From the NCBI GenBank assembly GCA_963815195.1, contig CAWFGE010000012.1, forward strand, positions 640,001 through 704,000: DNA of 64,000 nt, in the 5' to 3' direction. Each line of letters opens with the position of its first letter. Positions within the stretch are counted from its first letter, which is position 1. This document shows positions 60,809 through 64,000 of the stretch, piece after piece. The notes beneath the pieces are model-generated. The model searched no databases. It was not told the DNA's origin and saw nothing but the letters and a program-made list of their open reading frames with translations. Source of the stretch: an uncultured Planctomycetaceae bacterium (GTDB lineage Bacteria > Planctomycetota > Planctomycetia > Planctomycetales > Planctomycetaceae). A program made the translations under genes and the position numbers.

Positions 60809-62020
60809 TTACGGTCGTGGAGGTGAATGGAGAACGGGCAACGATGTTGCTTTACCGCGCTCGGCGGCCGTGCGTTTTTGGAGCATCTCGGTCGTGATGA
60901 CGCAGCGGAAACCGGTGTGAAAGGCGCCGGTGTCCTGTTCCATGGGCATGCGGGCGGAATTGCGGTAGGAGATGCAATAGTTGTCGCTGCACGCAAACGA
61001 GCCGCCCCGCTGCACGCGTTTGATGACGTTCGGCTCGCGGGGATCAAAACTTTCCACCGGGCCCTCTGGATTCTTGCGGGGGCTGTTGGCGTAGTAATCG
61101 GGACGGTAATAGTCGGCCACCATTTCCCAGACGTTGCCGGACATATCGTAAAGCCCGTAACCATTAGGCGAAAAAGACGCGACCGGAGCGGTTGTGCGAT
61201 AGCCGTCGTCTTCTGTGTTCTCCCGCGGAAAATCCCCCTGCCAGATATTGTGCAGCCACTTCTTTTCGGGATTGCGTTCGTTGCCCCAGGGATACTTTTT
61301 GCGGTTCATGCCGGCGCGGGCGGCGTATTCCCATTGGGCTTCGGTGGGCAGTTTCTTCCCGGCCCAATCGCAATACGCCTGGGCATCCATCCAGGAAACG
61401 TGCACCACGGGGTGATCCATGCGGTCTTTGATGGAAGACCCCGGCCCTTCGGGATGCCGCCAGCTCGCGCCGTTGATGTATTGCCACCAATTCATAATGC
61501 CTTTTTCGGGATCGAACACGGCGTTTTTTTTCAAATTCGGATTCAAACACAGAGATCCCCGCTTGCCGATGGGGCTGTCTTCGGGAATTTCGATCTTGGC
61601 GGTCAGGCCGGTCTCCGGTTTCAGGCTTCGCAGTTCCGGTTTGCGTTCGGGCAGCGTGACGTAACCGGTGGCTTCCACGAACTTCAAAAAGTCGGCGTTG
61701 GTGACTTCGGTTTTGTCCATGTAGAACCCGTCGAGTTCCACCGGGTGCACCGGCCGTTCGTCCGGCCGGGCTTGTTCGTCCGACTCATCCGCGCCCATGT
61801 CGAACACGCCGCCGGGAATCCACACCATCCCCTCAGGGACCGGATAGTCGCTCGGATCGAACGCGGCGGTTTCGACCGGCTGGTTCTCCGTGGCCTTGGT
61901 GGCTTCCGTCGGCGGATCGCCGGACGATGTGGCCATCGACGTCGCGCGATCCGCGCAGCCGCTCAACAGTCCGAGCAAAACACCGGAGACCAAACACGAA
62001 GATAGGAGAAAGCGAGACAT
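60809..62020 (-). CDS. Formylglycine-generating enzyme family lipoprotein
   Basis: LLSGC lipobox; LPTEAQWEYAAR, GLYDMSGNVWE and RGGSFACSDNYC motifs. Confidence 0.92.
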   Translation of the reverse strand: MSRFLLSSCLVSGVLLGLLSGCADRATSMATSSGDPPTEATKATENQPVETAAFDPSDYPVPEGMVWIPGGVFDMGADESDEQARPDERPVHPVELDGFYMDKTEVTNADFLKFVEATGYVTLPERKPELRSLKPETGLTAKIEIPEDSPIGKRGSLCLNPNLKKNAVFDPEKGIMNWWQYINGASWRHPEGPGSSIKDRMDHPVVHVSWMDAQAYCDWAGKKLPTEAQWEYAARAGMNRKKYPWGNERNPEKKWLHNIWQGDFPRENTEDDGYRTTAPVASFSPNGYGLYDMSGNVWEMVADYYRPDYYANSPRKNPEGPVESFDPREPNVIKRVQRGGSFACSDNYCISYRNSARMPMEQDTGAFHTGFRCVITTEMLQKRTAAERGKATSLPVLHSPPRP

Positions 62021-62155
62021 CGGCACGTTCTGCGTTCGAGGTGGGGAAATCGGGGGAATGGGTCTTTTTGTTCTACGTGTTATTGTAGCCGCGCGTGGGA
62101 AGAACAATCAAATCCCTCGGCGAATCTCGGGAAGAGCGGCGTGTGGCAAATCCTT

Positions 62156-62236
62156 GAGCGGAACGGCGCTAGCCGCCGGTGCTCTTTACGAAATGCCCGC
62201 GATCCACAAACCGGCGGCTAACGCCCAGCCGCTCAC
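62156..62236. repeat. REP-like inverted pair
   Basis: GAGCGGAACGGCGCTAGCCGCCGGT...ACCGGCGGCTAACGCCCAGCCGCTCA; a single arm lies at ~13033-13059. Confidence 0.7.
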
Positions 62237-62278
62237 AATCCCGATCACACCGACGGGCGCGGGTGATGGCAAAACGGA

Positions 62279-62812
62279 TCAGCGATTCCGCTCGGCGTCC
62301 GTTAGCGGGTGGACCTCCACGCCCTCGCGGCCTTCGAGCTTTTCGCCGAGGGCCTCTCCCACGGGCGTTTCCGCGGATTTTTCGCGGAGGTGCTTGCGGA
62401 TCTGTTCCCAGGTGGGCACCATTTGGGGGTCGCGGATTTTGGTGATTTTCCAATAGCCGGTGCCGGACTTTTCGAGATCGAAATCGGACCAGATATCGAA
62501 CCCGGACACTTTCCAGAGCACGCGGACCTGGGCGATGCTCCGCCCCACGCGGACATCGCGGACCTGGCAGGTTGCACCGGGAATGGGGGCCGTGAACTCG
62601 GCCTGCTCGCGGGGGCTTTTGGCGAGATAGTTTTCGAGGGCGGGGCCCGCCATTTGCTCGAGGAGGGTCTCGGCGTCGCCTTGAATCATCGCCGACGTAA
62701 ACACGTTGACGCAGCGTTCCACCGACCGCCGGACCGACCACGTCCACGCCCCGTACGCGACCATGCCGAGCACCAAAAGCCCCATCAGCCAAACCGCCCA
62801 GCGTTGTCGCAT
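62279..62812 (-). CDS. Hypothetical membrane-anchored protein (NTF2-like domain possible)
   Basis: N-terminal TM helix, GYWKITKI ending; AAGGGGG RBS. Confidence 0.65.
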   Translation of the reverse strand: MRQRWAVWLMGLLVLGMVAYGAWTWSVRRSVERCVNVFTSAMIQGDAETLLEQMAGPALENYLAKSPREQAEFTAPIPGATCQVRDVRVGRSIAQVRVLWKVSGFDIWSDFDLEKSGTGYWKITKIRDPQMVPTWEQIRKHLREKSAETPVGEALGEKLEGREGVEVHPLTDAERNR

Positions 62813-62913
62813 GTTGCCCCCTTCGGGCGAGGCGTAAGAGTTAAACGAACAAACGCCCTTTGGCGGCCAAAGGACGTTGTCGCGGGTGAAACGAGCCGAT
62901 CCGAAGCGCGGCG

Positions 62914-63132
62914 TCAGGCGGTGGGACGAAGTTGCCAATACGCGCAAAGGACTTCATACAGGTCGGGCGAGATTTGAATTTCCTCGTCCTCGAAATCGCC
63001 GAGCCAGGTTCGGTCGTGGGCCACGGCATCCCGCAGGATTTGCGTCACGTCACCCAACCGCACCGTGACGGGCGGCGGCTCGGGGAGGGAATGTTCCAGT
63101 TCTCCGTTGAACAGTCTCAGGCGCGGTCGCAT
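62914..63132 (-). CDS. Small hypothetical protein
   Basis: VTVRLGDVTQILRDA...WLGDFEDEEIQISPDLYEVL; AAGGA upstream. Confidence 0.7.
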   Translation of the reverse strand: MRPRLRLFNGELEHSLPEPPPVTVRLGDVTQILRDAVAHDRTWLGDFEDEEIQISPDLYEVLCAYWQLRPTA

Positions 63133-63633
63133 GCGAGTTCCTTCCTTGAGCCGATCCGGTAATGATGATCGCCGCGGGCTGGGCCGCCGCAAATCACCGT
63201 TTGACATTCCAGTTATCGGCCAGCTCTTAAACCGGCCTTCATCTTAAAGCCCTCTTGACACGCAAAACCCCACCGGCCAAAACTGCCGAATCGAACCAAA
63301 TCCCCAACCGCCTTGATGTTAAAGCCGAGAGGACCACGAATCGCACGAATGGAGCGAATCGAAACCAGATTAATTCCCACAACGAGCCTCGGGGACATTG
63401 AGGTGACAAATCCGAAATCCGAATCCCGAAATCCAAATCAAATTCCAAATTCAAAAACAGAATGAGCCAAACTTTGCAAATATAAGCGGCCGGGCACGCT
63501 CTGGGTGGCTGGCCGCAAACGCGGTCTGACATACGTTTGCTCAATTCGGCGGATTCGATAGGATAAACCTCACCGAAAATTGGCGTGCCGAATCATTGGG
63601 AAAATGCTGAAGTTTGTAGGAATGGAAATCGGT

Positions 63634-64000
63634 ATGGACGATGTGATCGTACTGGATTTTGGCAAGATCGCTCAGGAACTTGGTTTGCGAGCCGAGCAGG
63701 TCGCGGGCGTGACGGCTCTGTTGGACGAAGGCAACACGGTGCCCTTCATCACCCGCTACCGCAAGGAGCGCACGGGCAATCTCGACGAGGAGCAAATCCG
63801 CCAAATCCAGTCCCGCGTGGAATCGCTTCGCCAGTTGAACGATCGCGCAAACGATCCTGCGATTGATCGAGTCCCAGGGAAATCTCACCGCGCAGCTCAA
63901 GGCGGACATCCTCGCGGCGGATTCGCTCAAGCGGCTCGAAGACTTATATCTGCCCTTCCGCCCCAAACGCCGCTCCCGCGCGACCCAGGCCAAAGAGCGC
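63634..64000 (+). CDS. tex: Tex family RNA-binding transcription accessory protein, N-terminal part; frameshift at ~63850
   Basis: LLDEGNTVPFITRYRKERTGNLDE and LEDLYLPFRPKRRSRA motifs. Confidence 0.93.
   Translation, partial: MDDVIVLDFGKIAQELGLRAEQVAGVTALLDEGNTVPFITRYRKERTGNLDEEQIRQIQSRVESLRQLNDRANDPAIDRVPGKSHRAAQGGHPRGGFAQAARRLISALPPQTPLPRDPGQRA

Overview
64 kb of GC-rich chromosome that looks like a planctomycete (LEDRLLLS-type secreted-protein motif, sulfatase and FGE, recO-bamD-lptE order, typical intergenic palindromes). It mostly holds housekeeping and envelope genes: mutY, nth, dcd, recO, csrA, tex, lptE, bamD-like, a P-type ATPase, an ABC exporter and a ~2,070-aa adhesin. The standout is a compact, co-oriented three-gene phage head module at 11794-14537: prohead protease/scaffold, decoration protein and Mu-gpT-like HK97-fold major capsid protein. 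It has no portal, terminase, tail, integrase or lysis gene next to it and is interleaved with host palindromic repeats, so it is a candidate domesticated capsid (GTA-like or nanocompartment). Also notable: a 111-bp MITE with TIRs and 3-bp TSDs (two identical copies, one degenerate), a mosaic secretin/POTRA/SurA-like Cys-rich protein, two probable pseudoenzymes and a candidate structured RNA. About ten single-base frameshifts in unrelated genes suggest indel errors in the assembly. All family calls are by motif recognition, with no database search.
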